Shown here in pieces: positions 9,859-24,081 of a stretch of 64,000 bases of DNA. The position numbers were made by a program, and so were the translations under genes. This DNA comes from Bilabrum cf. latius (taxonomy: Eukaryota): NCBI GenBank assembly GCA_965178125.1, contig OZ237766.1, forward strand, positions 1 to 64,000, given 5' to 3'. The notes below the pieces were generated by a model. It ran no database searches. It was given only the letters and a program-made list of their open reading frames with translations, and was not told the origin of the DNA. The first letter of the stretch is position 1; every line of letters begins with the position of its first letter.

Positions 9859-10640
9859 TCATGTCCTCTATTGTCCTCGTACATCCTCATCACCTGCTCC
9901 GGCGCTATCAGCAATTGCTGACCCATCCGTCGGAGTCTCTTGTGCAACACTGCGTCTTTCTTCGGACTTTGCCTCGGTTCCAGTCAGATATGGAATAGAA
10001 GGTAGAAGCAGAACGGTTCCTGGTAGGCGCACAACTTCGAACAGTTGCGTCAGTATCCAGGCTCCAGCCACCGAGGTGCACCAAGGGGCCAGCTTCCCAT
10101 CATCTTGTTGGGGCAGCTTGTCGAGGATGCCTTGCAGCGAAGACTGCATAAACTCCGGAAGACTCGCCACCAAATCGTCTGGTTGCATCCCAAAATTATG
10201 GTTCTGCGAGGCACTTACTATGTCGGAACAATGAAACATTGCTCTTGGACGGTTCATCGAGCAATTGACGGGAGAATAACCGGTCTTACAGCCTACATAA
10301 TGAAATACCCGGTTGCAAACGGCCCCAACCAAAATGGACCGAAGTATATCGCAGGGAACCACAGGCCATACTTGCCAAACAGGTGCTTGAACTTAGCAAT
10401 CACACCGTCAAGCTGCTGAACCTCTTTCCATTCCTTCCTGAAGTTGCCAATCACATCTAGGCCAGAAGAAGAATCTACACTGCTTGTGCTAGAGAATTCT
10501 GCGAAGCGGCCATGACGGCCACGCGCGCCAAATGGCTCGGGGCGAATAACTTGTGAGGTTGCGGCCAATCTATGCACGCACGGCAAGATGGGCATGGTTC
10601 GCCATACTCTGCGAAGTAGATGCGTTCGAACACGAGCCAT
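9859..10640 (-). CDS. FAM210/DUF1279-like probable mitochondrial membrane protein; one intron (10204-10289)
   Basis: R-rich N-terminus, KFKHLFGKYGLWFPAIYF and AWILTQLFEVVRLPGTVLLLP resemble DUF1279; GTAAGA..CAG intron joins the two frames; TAGs at 10293 and 9868; stop TGA. Confidence 0.65.
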
Positions 10641-10953
10641 GGTAATATATTATGCTGCAAGGTCTATCTATGATCGCCTGTGGTGAACTTGTCGCCACTG
10701 GCAGGCAGAAACTCTGGGCCCATGGCATCGTGCACTGCAGTTTCAGCATCATTTTGGTCGGCAGGCATGCATGCAGCACGCATCGGACCTGCGGGATACG
10801 AAGAGCTGTGCAAGCGGGTCCCTTGGGTCCAGTCAGCAAGTCAAGTGCTGTCCGTTTGAAATCCAACGGCATCGATGGGTTCGTGATCATTGGTGGACTG
10901 CTTTGAGCTGATGCTTGTGCCTGTACTAACACAGTTGAAGAAATGGCGTTGAT

Positions 10954-12201
10954 TCATGTCCATCTGGCCCCAGCTATCATGCTCCGACTCAGTCGCAGCA
11001 GCTATGGCGCCAGTCTCTCGACGCACTCGTGTCCGCACCCGTAGTGCCCTACATGCCCGTCAAGACACGGTGGCTCGAACTTGCACTGGCTAATCACCAG
11101 TGCCTGCATGCTCCTCCACACCCTCACCTGCTCTTTCCATCGCGGCACCTCTGCTTCCAGCCTTGCGAGCAGCACCAATTTGGCAGTCCTGTGCAGTGCA
11201 TAGTCTGGGTTGGTCGACCGGAAGGGACCCAGCAGGTACTCCTTGATGCGAGGCGGCTAGCTCGACAGGGGAAGCGGACGAGCCTGCACTGGCTGCCCGT
11301 CCAGGAGCATGTTGCCCTTCAGTGGGCTGTCGGCTGGAGCAGGCGTGGCTCGGTCGAGCAGGTCCTGCAGCTCCCTGCTGCCAGCAGGCGCCGAGTGAGC
11401 GCCGTGACTCGTGGACTTGGCCGGTACGTGCACTGTCCAGTGCAGTGGGATGCGCATCATGTGTGCAAGCAAGACCATAGACTCGGGCATATGCTCCACT
11501 ACACCAACGAAGTTGCTCGGGTCCCTAATGGTCGCATCGGCGCGGAGCGGGTCGCAACAGGGCAGCTCGTCTTCACTACCGGGAAAGGACATGAGCTACG
11601 GTTCTGCGTCTAGCATAATGCATGCGAGCCCAATTCTTGCCTATAAGGTTCGCATCACGTGTTCGTCAGAGAAATTGCGGGCGACTGCTGTCCCCCAGGT
11701 CGTGTGAAACGCAACTGTGGATATTGCCGTCTGTGTCGGGTCTCTCAGCATCGTTACGACCCCAAAAGAATACTAAACACTTGCAGTTTTCCACGTTGTA
11801 CCACTCTGAAGAAGATTAAGCATGTGCCGCAGCATTGGGTGACCTTTCGGTGTCCAAACGACTGACGTGCGAGCAAACCGTCGGGCTGGGTCCGCGTTGC
11901 AGCCATCACCATCAGAGTAACCATCCGCATACTGACATGTACAGTTTGGCGTCACCGGCAGGCTCGCATTAAATGACATGCAGTTATCATAATTCGCGTA
12001 GAAGTTGGAACGGCGTGCAATGTGTCTCAGTACTCCTCCAATAGAACTCGATGCGCACTTTGGAATCGCAACATGCATAAACACCCGAGATGTTACTGAC
12101 ATATCAATAGCTGTCCCATGCACGCAAGAAACACCGAGTACGAGGATAGCAAGTACTGAGTGGATGCCCAAGACTAGCATTTGCATTTGTTGCCACACCA
12201 T
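10954..12201 (-). CDS. Golgi-type sulfotransferase (~415 aa)
   Basis: N-terminal hydrophobic anchor, 5'-PSB-like HVAIPKCASSS, 3'-PB-like VTMLRDP..S, FVGVVEHMPESMVLL and NPDYAL all in one frame across 5 TAGs; stop TGA. Confidence 0.8.
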
Positions 12202-12612
12202 CTAGCTGTCGGAACCGCGTCCTATATCAGCGGCAATATCAGTTTGATTGAAAAGTCATTGAAGGGGGTTATAATGTTACCGAAGGAAAGCAGATGCGAG
12301 CGCGTCTCGAAACTTCCAAAAAAGTTGAATTCGAACCGCACGCAACTACTGAACGATCGAGAATCTCGGTCCGAGATTCTAGACTTCTTCTCCAAGAGTT
12401 CGAGGAGGGCTGCTGTACAGCGAATGCTGCTTGGGAGGACTTTGATGAGCCTGGCTGTAGGGGCAGCCGAAAACAGCAACGTGGCCACGCAGTATCCCGC
12501 TTCAAGGGCCTCGAGGCAGGGCAGGATGAGAACGTGTAGGACGTCAAGGAGACACACAAGCATGCGATGAACCTTCTACTTGTGTAGGACACCACGGCGA
12601 CGATGACACATA

Positions 12613-15600
12613 TTAACCCCGCCCGTTACTGACAGACCCAAGGTAGTCATCCTGATTTGCCCTCCGCTTGTCTCGCATGGCAGCCTTGGCAGCGGCACCC
12701 GCCTTCTTGCCGATCCTGTACCGCACGTCAGACCCCCGAGACACAAACCTTCGTCGCCATGCCGCAAATTCGGACTCCAAAGACGATGATGTACCAGCTC
12801 CTGTCCCCTGGCCTCGACTACCTGACTGCAAACGAGACGCGTGCTGCTCTGCAACCGCGTAATCCGCCATGTCTCCCCGCACGTCACCGGCCCACTCCAC
12901 CAGCAGCTCTTGCCCTGCAAACACCCGGCCCGGCAAAGGTAGGCGACCCATGGGCCCCTGCAGCCTCACTGGGGCCTCGGCATCCACCGGTGGATCACCG
13001 CTGCGCAGCGCTGCCACCACGGCTTGGTCCTGCCCCGGGCCGGTAGCCACGCTCAGCGAGGTCGGCAGTGCCCTGCCCCCCCTCGACACGGCCGCCCCCA
13101 GTCCATCCATGAGCACCCGCACCACCACCGCTGCTGCCTCTGGGCTCAGACCCCGCACATCCAGCAGCACAGGGTCGTCGCCCACTCGGCTGGCCATGTC
13201 ACCGTCCATGGCTGCATCCAGCCGAGCCCACACTGGGTCCCGCCCCGGGGAGCTCGCCGGCCCGCGGCCTGGCTGTCCGACCCCGAAAGCGAGACGACTG
13301 AGCAGCCCAGCCCCCCAGGCTGCCTCCAGCACAGACAACACATGCTACTGCCGACCTGCCTGCACCGCTAGCTCCAACAGCTCCACCGCCTGCGCCTCGC
13401 ACTCCAAGCGCCTCGATCCACCGTCAGCTGCCATTGCCATCCCACCAATCTCTAGCGAATGTGCCCCTGTGGAGATCGCTTCCTGTGCAGCAATCCTCAG
13501 TTCGTCTGCCTGATGCCCGCCCAGCCCTACCCCGCCGGCACCCACCGCCAGTGCGGCGCTCCCGTCCAGCTCTGCAGTCCGTGCCCGCGCCAGTGCCTCC
13601 CTGCCGGCGGCAACCAGCACTCCACAGAGCTTGCCCACAAACTCGCTGCTCAACGCACTCACAGACCCACTAGCCACTGCAGCCTCCAGCAGCGCAGACG
13701 CAGCCTCGACGCGCTCGGCAGGGGAGCGAGGGTTTGCCTCAGCCGCCTACGGAGGGGTGCCGAGTCCCTGCCCTCTCCGTCTAGTCAGTGCACCGGTACC
13801 TGCACCTCCCAGCCGGGCATCCACTGCGTCGAGTGGAGGCAGAGAGTTACTCGACCCGCCTGCACTTGCCGTGACACCTTTCCCAACGGCTCCTGCCTCG
13901 CCCTCTAGCTGCTCCAAGAAACCGCACGCCTCTGCAGCTGCCTCCAGCAAAGCAGAAGACACGGGCAGCCGCATCATCTCCCACGCCTCAGCTACGCTCG
14001 CCACAACTGCACCGTCTCTGGCAAGCGCACCTGCTGAAGCCACTGCCTCCAAGTGCGCCAGCAGCTGGTTGCGTTCTATTGCTGGAGCGATGGACGCAAT
14101 GCCGTGCTGCTCGAGCCGGTGAAGAGTTTTTGTCGCATGATCCACGACTCGTGCGGGTGGGGCTCTTACGGACTTCTCTCCAGTGGCTTGCGCCACTGCA
14201 AGCATAGAAAGCACATGCGCGGCACGACGGGCCTCGGCGTCTGCTTCCACGAGTGGCTCGGGTGGCATGCACAGCTGCAGCACTCTGCGAGCCAGTCCCG
14301 ACCACTCCTTCGGCTGGATCGCCTCGCGGGCGCCCTGCATTGCCCTTCCCTGCGCCGACCTCGCCGCCTCGTCGTGGGGCTACTTGCCGCCGGTGAGGGC
14401 GCGCAAGCCTGCGCCCCGACCTGCGGCCAGCGAGGGGTCCGACCATGCCGCTGCTCGCTCCGCCCTCACCACGGCCAGCGCCGCACGGCTCTCGGGGCCC
14501 ATGGCTGGCCCTGGGCTCGGGAGAGTTACTGCATGCGCTGGCGAGACCGGCCCACTACCGATGGGAGCTGATGTTCCGAGAGCGCCAGCCACATCGCTGG
14601 CATGCCTGGAGAGCAAGCTACGCATCGCTAGTGCGGCGGGGCCTGTGCTTGCGCTCGCAGGCAGGCGGGGCAGAGAGGGGGCAAGCTGGTGGGCCTGGGC
14701 TGCAGACGGCGCCCATCGCATGCGCTGTGCATCTGGCGTGGCTAGTTCCCCTATGCTCGCCAGCTGGGGACTCGGGTCCGTCGGTTTCAAACCAGAGCTG
14801 CCTTCCTGCACGCTTGGCAGCAGATCTTGCGGACCCAGAGTCCCGGGGACGTGTCCTCGCGCAAGGGCAGGGACTGGTAAGGCCGGCACCACTGCGTCAG
14901 GCGGTGCAAAGGCGCTGGCTTCATTTGCGGCTTGCATGGCAATCGACTCCATGCGGGTCAGCGGAGGTTCGCTGGCGCCATCAGTGATCGGGACCAGCTC
15001 ATCGCTAGTCGACAGGACCGCCCCGGGTGCCCTCACTTCTTGCAATGGGATCGACTGGGACACTTGCGATGCAGCATCCCTCGTGACTGATGTGGGCGAA
15101 TACGCAGCAACAAGAGGGTTTGAGCTGGACCCGTTGCTCGACGATGCGCCTACAAATCGTTCACTCACTCCGCCTGATTGCGGGGCACCTCGTGATGACG
15201 CATCAGCGCGATTCAACCTGCCTTGTTGTCCGGCCTGGATCTTGGCCGGCGTCTTGGTCTGGCGGCCATCTGCCACTCCTCCACCGATCAGGGCCGCCTC
15301 ACTGTGGGCAGGCCATGCAGTTGGGTCGTCATCTCTACCTAGAGGTGGCAAGCCCGCTTCTCGTGCGGCTCTTTCTGCCCTGCGCATCATGGACCAGTGC
15401 CCGTCGGGAAGCGGCTCCACTTTTGCAGCTGCGGTCTCTTCGTCTGCTCCATCTGCTCGAGCGGCTCGACGGGCAGCTCTCACCCGCCGAGCTCGCGCCT
15501 CTGCCACTGCACGCAGCTCCCTGGCCTGCTCTCGGGCATACATGCCGGACGCAAGCCTGCCGATGCTTCCGGCATCGTAGGGATCCGGTGTCTTTCGGCG

Positions 15601-18252
15601 AACCACTCGAGTGGATGACCGTTGCGGTGCATCTACTGACTTGGCACTGGTTGGACCGTCCACCTGCTACATAGAACCCAGCTGCAGCAGATCTGCCAGG
15701 GTGCCCCGTCCGTCGCTCGCTTCTCTCACAGCCTTCTCTGCACCTTCCAGTCCCGGGGCAGCAGCAGCTGCCAACTACCGGTGTGCCATGCCGAGAGCAA
15801 AGCCGCGCGTCTGCACAGCTCGTTCGCGGGCAGCCTCTTCAGCACGTTGTCTCCAAGCCACAGGAAGGAATGATAGCGCCGCTGCAGCCGCCTATGCAGC
15901 TTGGTCAGCAGTTGGAAGCAGCGACAGGACGGTCCGCGCTGCTGCCGCTTGATCGACACCAATGACCTTTGAAGCATGGCCGGGGGCCATGGTTGTTCCA
16001 GCGATCAGCTTCGTCTCTTTGCGTTGCTAAGCTCCACCATAACCGCGATGCGCGGCTACACCGGCAGCTGCAGAGACGCCCGCCTGCATCTCATCCCACG
16101 ATGCCCACTGCCCACTCTCAGCAGCAGCCCGAAGCTCCTTCACGAAAGCACCCCGAGATTCGAGTTGCAGTCGGGCAGCTGCCCAGTCGCATCGCATCAT
16201 CGCTCGCACGCAATCAGTCAAGGCGTCTGCGCTGCGAGAGGCAGCCAGACGGGCTGCCCGTTGGTTGGTCCCGGGCTACATGTTGCTCAGTGGAAGCAGC
16301 GATAGCGCACGAGATGCCGCCCGCGTTGCACTGCTGGCTGCATCACCATCTGGGTGTGACCCAGTCGTCCTCAGCAGGCCAGCGGTTCGGCCTAGAGCGG
16401 CGTGCAGTGAGTCTGGGGACAGCTGCGGGAGTCTGTGAGCCGCCAGTCGCCCCGAATCAGCTGCCCCCAGCAGCGCCGACCATGATGGGCCCAGAGCCTC
16501 TGCGCCCGCACTCAACTCGGCGCTGTCTTCTCCGCGGAACATCAAGAGCCCAGACCCGGTTTGTGTCCGCCGGGAGAGTCTGGCCCATCGCTGGGCATCG
16601 TGCGCAGCCTCGACGATGCTGGTGAGCGCCGTGGTGGACTCAAGGCGGGCACCAGATGCCGCGCACACGCGCAGCAGCCATCGAAGCGCGGGAGCATCTG
16701 CCTCCGAGCATATGCGGGCCAAGACAGACGCCCATGCAGAGCCCAGGTCGCGCTGACACCGTTCGGCTACCGCTTCGCCCCCTTGCTGCACGGGCGGGGC
16801 GGTGGTCAGTCGAGCCGCCGCAGAGGTCGCTGCCATGCCTCTCGCACTGGAGAGAGTTTGTCTCTGGGCGGTTTGGCCAGGCTACGGCAGCTCTAGGATG
16901 GGCGCTACTGCAGCCACCACGTCTTCCAGAGGCACGAGCGGCGAGGCAGCTATGCCCTGCACTGCCGCTCGCACCGACCGAGCGACTGCAGGCGATGCAA
17001 GTACACGAGATCGAACCTCAGAACCAGGCCTAGCAGCGTCAGTTACTGCACGGAGAACTTGGCGGGGCAGCGCAGTGTTTCCAGCTTGATGTGCTAGGGA
17101 AAGCACGGCGTGGATGGCAGGCTCCAGTGCCTCCGACTACCCTAGGGCACCAGGAGCACCTGGATCGCGCTACTGCATCAGGTACCAGCGCCAGATGGCC
17201 AGCAAGGGCACGCTGATAGCATCGAGCACTGGACTATACGGGCCAGCGTCTCCTGTCCGCTCGACGGCTGTTGCCATGCCCGACACAAGGACCGACAGCC
17301 GAGAAAGCAACTCAGGGGTGCTTTCAACGTGCGTACCCTCGTCCAACGTAGTGCTCGCTAGTTGCCTGGATATAGAAAGTACCATCTCTACTGATTCTGT
17401 CTGCTGCCGCACCCCGGCCGCTGTGTGAGGGCCTTCCTGTAAGGTACCCGCCATTATCCATGCCCGAGCGAGCCGACTGTTTCCAGCCTGCATGCCTGCC
17501 TGCAGCAGAATTTCATCAAGAGAGGAGCTGATGCTAGTATTTGCTCCCTTGCTGATACTTTTGAGAGCAGCGGACACAGACTCGGCCCACAAGAGGCCCT
17601 CAGGGATAGTCTCATGCAGGAGGGCAGGACGGCCGAGGAACCAGCCGCCGAGCTGCGCTTCTCGACAGCTGAGAGCCAGCAAAGCAAGTGTAGGTCGATT
17701 AACCACATAATTTAGGGATGTACTGCATGCATTCTTTGCTGCAAGTGCCGCTTGTACTGCGACTGTCTGGTGCCACCGGGCATCTGCCTCGCTAGCTCGA
17801 TGTGCCAATGCAGGCGGCTGCTATACTCCCTTGGAGGCCCGCAGAGAGTCTAATAGACTGTACATAGCAATACTAGGCGAACGAATGTGATGCTCGCATG
17901 CATCTGCAAATCGCTTGGCCCATATTGACCTGCCACCGTAACTTCCCTGCGCGGCATTCCATGCGGCATCCCCAATGCTCTGTTGTGCAGAACCACGCCA
18001 AGCGCTCGTCCGGCTCGCGAATGAATTCTGACACCTGCGTTGACCTCTGAGTGTTGTTTTACGTGTTTGGAAGCTGATGGAGCCATGTAGGTTGCAAGTC
18101 GTCGAGCTGCTTGCTCTCAGCTGCAACTGTCGCCGGGTTGCCCGACTAGCTTGATGCAGTATCAAAAATTGCAGGCTTGAGCGGAGTCTAATAAAGGCCT
18201 GGGCCATATCCTCGGTCCTACGCAGTTGCTAGTGGCGAATGAGAGCATTCAT
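12613..18252 (-). CDS. Large alpha-helical protein with C-terminal Smr-like domain (PPR-SMR-like), up to ~1879 aa
   Basis: Nine listed ORFs share one frame; 13 in-frame TAGs and no internal TAA/TGA; LLDVRGLS..AAAVV..LSVATGPG resembles Smr; stop TAA. Start codon uncertain. Confidence 0.7.
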
Positions 18253-18329
18253 GCTGCCAGTGTTGTGTTCGTCTGTTCATCATCACACGCACTCGGGCTG
18301 CAAGAGCAGCTTGCCGCTCAGTCAACGCC

Positions 18330-19589
18330 ATGGTGACTGCTAGCAGTCAAGTGAGCAACCATCCCGCAGATGTAGATGAGGAATTGCCGTTCTCACCGCG
18401 AGCTCCTGTTACAGGAGTTTGGAGGCTGGACCATGAGGCTTCAGAGCCACCAACACAACTGCTACTTGCACTGGGCCTGAGCAGCACCGCGAGAGATGCA
18501 GCAGAGAAGGTGGACATAACTTTAGTGATGCGCATGGTTGAAGGCAAAGCCGAAGATCAGCCCGCGTGGGTCTTGGAACACCATTCAATTCTAGGGCGTA
18601 AACGACGACGGTTTGTCCCTGCCTATGGCTTTGTCGTCAGGGAAGACGGCGCAGCAGCAGGAAGAGCTGAGCATAGACTAGCATATCGAGAGCCGATAAC
18701 AATACAAAGCGCAACCGAGCCGGCCTAGCCGGACTTGTCACAGTCGATTCTGCCAACGGTGCCGAAACCAGAGGCACCAGATCGCGACGTCCTGGGAGCT
18801 TCATGTTCATCGTGGGAGGAGCAGTCAGCAACATCCGCCAAATTAGGTATCTCCGGGAGTATTTAGCCGGCATCATCAGCCCGTGAGCCCGAGAATGGGC
18901 CTCTAGTCCGGGTGGAGACAAAGCTGAGCCGGGGCACCATCGAGGACGTACGTTGGCTTGAGGGTGGCGGGGATTGTCTAAAGCAAGCTGTCACGTTCAG
19001 ATTATCAAAAGCAGGGGCTGATTTGATAAGGTCAAATGCGGCCCAAGCTGCTGCCTCCTCTTCTTCCTCGTCTGCATCGGGGAGCAGCACAGCCAAGCCT
19101 CCCGTGCTGCCGCGAGTGGGGGAGCCGGTGCGGTTCGTGCGCTGTTTCTGGCGCGCGGGGGGCCGGTCTCCCTCTGCCCTGGCCAGAATTGCCGCCGCGC
19201 GTGGTCCCGTTGGCACTGCTTCAGGACTGGCAGCCCAGCAGCAGGTGCTGCAGGCAGTGACTGCCATCCTGCAGAGGCCAGTCATGGCGGCCCTCAGGCA
19301 GCGCGTGCAGGGGCTGGTGCTGAGGGAGGCCACCATGCGCGGCTCGCAGCAGGCTGCTGTTGAGATGAAGCTGCCTCCTGCACAGCTCTAGGGTCTGGAC
19401 AAGGCCCGCGCGGAGATCGAGGCAGCCGTCAAAGGGGCCCAGGACCAGTACGTTCGGGCACAGCTGCAGGCGGGTGTTCCCGCGCAGCTCGCCAAGCCTC
19501 TGCAGTTCGATCCAAAACAAATCCAGGCATGCACAGATGCTGCTGCGCAGGCGCAGAAACAGCAAATCGCGAAGCAACTGATGATGTTG

Positions 19590-19664
<75 letters not shown>

Positions 19665-20063
19665 CTGCAGCACAGATAGGCCCCTCAGCCTCAGGCCCAA
19701 TCCGCCAGCTCGTCTCAGGGCCTTGCTGCCCCAGCAGGACTACCTAGCGCTGCACCTGCCGGAGCCGGCACAATAGCTCCTTCCGTGTCTAGCAGTACTG
19801 GCACGTAGATGGGGCAAGCGCCAACAACGGTATCGAGCCAGACTCCCATGGCCGAATCGAGCCAAGCCCCAATGGCCGAATCGAGCCAGACGGAAAGGAC
19901 ACTCCCCAGCAGTACCGCGGCAGCCTTAGGATCTGCATCGCATATAGCTACCAGCTAGTCGCAACCGACGGCTGCCCCCGCCCATATCAACCCCGGTGCA
20001 GGGAGGATTGGGCTGTAGGGCGGGCTGGCCCCGGTGGTGCCGGGGACAGGGCCCAAGGGATGA
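18330..20063 (+). CDS. Hypothetical protein (~577 aa) with FABP/lipocalin-like N-terminus and a ~25-residue poly-Q tract
   Basis: Single frame through 7 TAGs to TGA 20061; VTGVWRLDHEASEP..LLLALGL resembles the FABP start; CAG/CAA run at 19590-19664. Confidence 0.65.
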
Positions 20064-20230
20064 CCAGGCTAATGGAAGGCTGTTGCAGCGGGCAGCAGGC
20101 TTACCTACATTTTAGATTGACAAAGATCCTAAGGATGGGCCTAGAATGTGGATGTAGTCATGATAATCTTGAGCAACATAGATTTTATCCGGAATCAAAT
20201 CACGACTCAGGTAGACATAGGCCTACAGAA

Positions 20231-23200
20231 TCACATGCCTGGGTCCATGTCCATGTCTTCACCCTGCCAGTCATCCATTGGCGAGGACATGGTGAAGCCA
20301 TCGGCCAGATCACACTGCCATGCCCCGTTGACGGCGCTAGGCCACCCATCCTAACCAGCCCTGTCTCCGCCCGCCTCACCTCCGTGCTGATGATGCGTTG
20401 CAGCAGTACGGCCGGTTGCATGGATTGGACCGAATGCACTATGCGCGCCAGGGCTCGACTGCCCGCGCCCAGGACTCATGCAGCCGGTGCTTCTGCTCAT
20501 GGGGCGAGAGGCCAGACCTGCTTCACTGGCATCACCACCGCCTGCCAACATGTCGCCAACAGGACTCAGACATTCCGAAATACCGCGCCTGCCAGCGTCA
20601 TCCAGCCGGTCCGGCTCAAACCCCTGCATGGCGTCCTATCCACCTGCAACCACCCCAAGCCCGCCCCGAGGCGATGGCGACAGCCCTCCGAGCCCAGCAG
20701 CGCCAGCACCAGCCCCAGCCCCAGCCCCCGCCTCCCCACTGGCAGATCCTGCCAGTGCCTCTGCTATTGAATCTGCCTCCCATCGTTGCGGATCGTCTTC
20801 GCTAGGCCCTGTTGCGCCCTCATCCACCTGCCACCCCACTCCATTCACAGGCGAAGACATGGGGAGCTCCCTACGGCCCATCAGCCCCTGCTCCAAAACA
20901 GACAATGTGCCGGCGCTCCCCTCCATGGGTCCCATTGCAGGACTCAGCGCCGAAGATGTGCTCGCTGTAAGCACCGCAGGTGACCCGTCTGCCCCTGCTG
21001 TCGGGCTTACCATGCCCAGGCCAGCGTCCCCAGTAGAGCCGAGCAGCCTGAGCCCCCAACACGTCCCGCTCGGCATGGTCTGTCCTGACCGGCCCTCGAG
21101 ACTACATCTGTGTGGTGCCCCCACAGGCGAACTACGGGCCTCCTCCTGGCCAGCAGCTGGACTAACCAATCTGGGCTGCGCATACACGGGCTCACAGTGC
21201 CTGGACAGGCCAGAATCTACCGAGGACTCTCCATCATCGCTCTCACCATCCTCGCGCTCAACTTCCTGGGCGTCGTGCTCGGCCTCACGCCCTCCCCGGA
21301 GCTTCGACGCTGAATCCTGTCGCACTGAGCCACGCCTGCGCTTCTTGCCCAGAGCCTGCCCGTCGTCAGACCCATACGAATACCCCGATGTTGAAGCGCT
21401 TCGACTGCCCGGACGCGGCCGCTTGCCGCCGATGGGTACTGCGCCTGCACTTCCCAGCATAGGGGGTTCGCGATAGCCACCAGCCGACCGTTCCGACACT
21501 TTTCCTTCAGCATTTCTGTCTGATCCAGCCTCTGGCAGCACGTCAGCGGGTACCTGTGCGTACACGGGGGCGAACAGGGGGTCGACAGGGGCAGGCACCA
21601 GAGACAGGTGGGCCTCATCAGGCTTTACCTTGTTGAGGGAGCACAGGAAAGACACGTGCAGCCAGTGCGCTAGCCTGGACGTCTCAATTGATTGAGTGCG
21701 AGCGGTGGGTCTTGCCAGAGTTACCAGCGCTGCAGGCCCTGTATCAGCACCAGCACTAGCAGCCGAATCAGCTGGTGATGATGGTGCAGCCAGTGACGTG
21801 GTTCCCGTGGCATTTTTTCGCCGAGACGCACGCGCTCGTCCGCGCGACTGCCTGCTTGGCGGATGCCTCTTGCTCTTGCTCTTGCTCTTGCTCTTGCTCT
21901 CGGTCACATCGGCGCTCTGCCTGCGCAGGAGCCTGAACCCCTGGAGCACTGAGTTGGATTGGGTGCGGCTGCCAAGTCGCACGAACACCCGCAGCCCAGC
22001 TACAGGCGGCCCCTGTTCTCGATCTCCAGCTGCCACATCGCTCACTGCTGCCTTAAAAGAGCCTGGCCCCTCCACTGCCGACGCAGTCACCGTATCCGCG
22101 CTGCTGGCCGGCATAGCCAGCACCACGTCTTTTACCTGTACGGACCCAGCGGCGCGACGGGAGGCAGCCGTCGCCGCACCGCGGTGTTGAGCCAGGGCCG
22201 CCTCTGCTACCAGTCGCCTGGCCGACTCCAGCGCGGCCTCTTTCCCCCCGGCTGCGCCTGCAGGCGCCATGGAGCGCCCCCCGTGCACGAGCACCCACTC
22301 AGCCGGCTTAGTCCTCACGTCGAAGCCACCGGTCAGGAGTACGTCTCTGCCCATGCGGATCCTGCACTGCGCCAGGCTGCCTGCAGTCGGCTGCGGGGGC
22401 ATGAACCGCACCCTCCACACTCCCTTACCTACGGTTGCCTCCACTGACTCCCAGGCCGGCAAGCAAGAGCTGCGGAGGGGCAGGACCCGGGAGGGTTCTG
22501 CCCCGAGGCCATTGTAGAAGAGGTCCACCCGAGGGCGGGAACGCTGGAAGCGGGCGATGGCAGCCTGCTTACTACCTGTGCATGCTGCAAGTGCATCCGC
22601 ATGGAATGGTTCGCTAATAGCAGCGGACGAGGAGGAGGACGATGAGGAGGAGGACGTGCCTGCGCCCCCGCGCTCGCGCACTTGCACGCCAAAACCATTC
22701 ATTTCCTCGAGACCGATTTCCAGCTCAAGCTCCTACTTGGCAGCCCCCATGTGCAGGTAAACGTGCCCCATGCACTGGCAAGCCGAGTCCCCGCAAGGGT
22801 ACAGACCCCTCCTCCCCACGTGCGGCTCCACGAGAGACACACGGGCAGTGAGTCGGAGACCTACCGAGGGGAAGGAGGATTCAGCAGCACGGGACACGGA
22901 GGCAGAGACAGGCACATTACTACAAGCTGCGGTTTGCGCGGGGGAAGCGCCACCTGCGTTTTCAGTCTCGGGGGCGACTGCATTTCTCCCGGTCAGACTC
23001 ACCTGGCCGATAGCAGCTGCAGCTGAATGAGGGCCGGTAACAGCGCCCGCCTCACCTGAGGCAGGGGGTGCGTCGCCCAGTTCAAAAGCATGCCGGGCCT
23101 GCGTGGGATGCCAGTGGCGTGGTACATGGTTATAGCTGGCTTCCGACAAAGGCGACTGGGGCGCATCAGAGTGCAAGCGCGAGAGTGTGCTCTGGCACGG

Positions 23201-23872
23201 GGATTGCGGGGTGCTGGGGGAGCCCTTGCGCGCCGAGGACGATATCTGTCTAAACGCAGAGCTTGTGATAGCATTGCCACCCATCCACCCAGAGCTTGGC
23301 GCAGCCTGAGACTGGGAGGCACCTGAGTGCAAGTCATGCTCAGCACCCAGGTCCGGACAGCCTACGCGCACGAACGCACCAGGGCGCGATCGGTTGCCAA
23401 GCCACGCACCACCAAATTTATAGTCCTACACACTATCAGATTTGGCGCCACGGCGAGCATTCTTCGAGCTAGAACAAGGCAACGGGTGCGGTCGCCGCAA
23501 TTGCCTCCGTTCCGGCTCGCAGTCCCGAGGTACAGATTCGAGGGCTCCATTGAATACAGTCTTCGACTGACCCCAGTGAGCGGATTTGGATGATGCAACA
23601 ACTATAGAGGCTGCAAGAGCCACTGCGTTGGAGGTCTGCATGTGCCTAGCACTGCCAATTACCCCGTTGCTTGGTTTCAAGGTCTCCTCACCGGTAGAAC
23701 CGCGTTGGGTGCCTTCGGGGCCAACATCCCGGAGGCCAAAGGAATTAAAAACCCAGAATTTTCGACCACCAATCTCGACGACTTTCCGGTCACTGCCTAC
23801 ACAGTCTAGCACAGTGCCTTGGCCGCACGGGAAGGCCCAGGTCTCTTCGTCCTTGCTGTGCTACATGCTCAT
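20231..23872 (-). CDS. Hypothetical low-complexity protein (~1213 aa)
   Basis: ORFs 23426-23812, 22733-23371, 20636-22702 and 20351-20629 are in frame, separated only by TAG; stop TGA. Confidence 0.65.
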
Positions 23873-24081
23873 GGTGCTTATGCTGCAAACTGTCTTGGTA
23901 GCTTAGCAACTATACTTAAAGTCTTATTGAGCCTGCTACGAACAACCACGCTCTCGGTAGCTCTATAGTTATAGCTCGAAAAGCCGTCTGGGCCGCTCGA
24001 CTCGGTTACAACCGCAAAGATCGGATCAGACCAGCAAACCACCAATACTACTCAAGATCTATAATTGCGGACTCTGACATC

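Noticed and set aside
12202-12612. Short ORFs between the sulfotransferase and the Smr-like gene
   Set aside because: No recognisable motifs and overlapping alternatives on both strands; probably promoter/UTR sequence.
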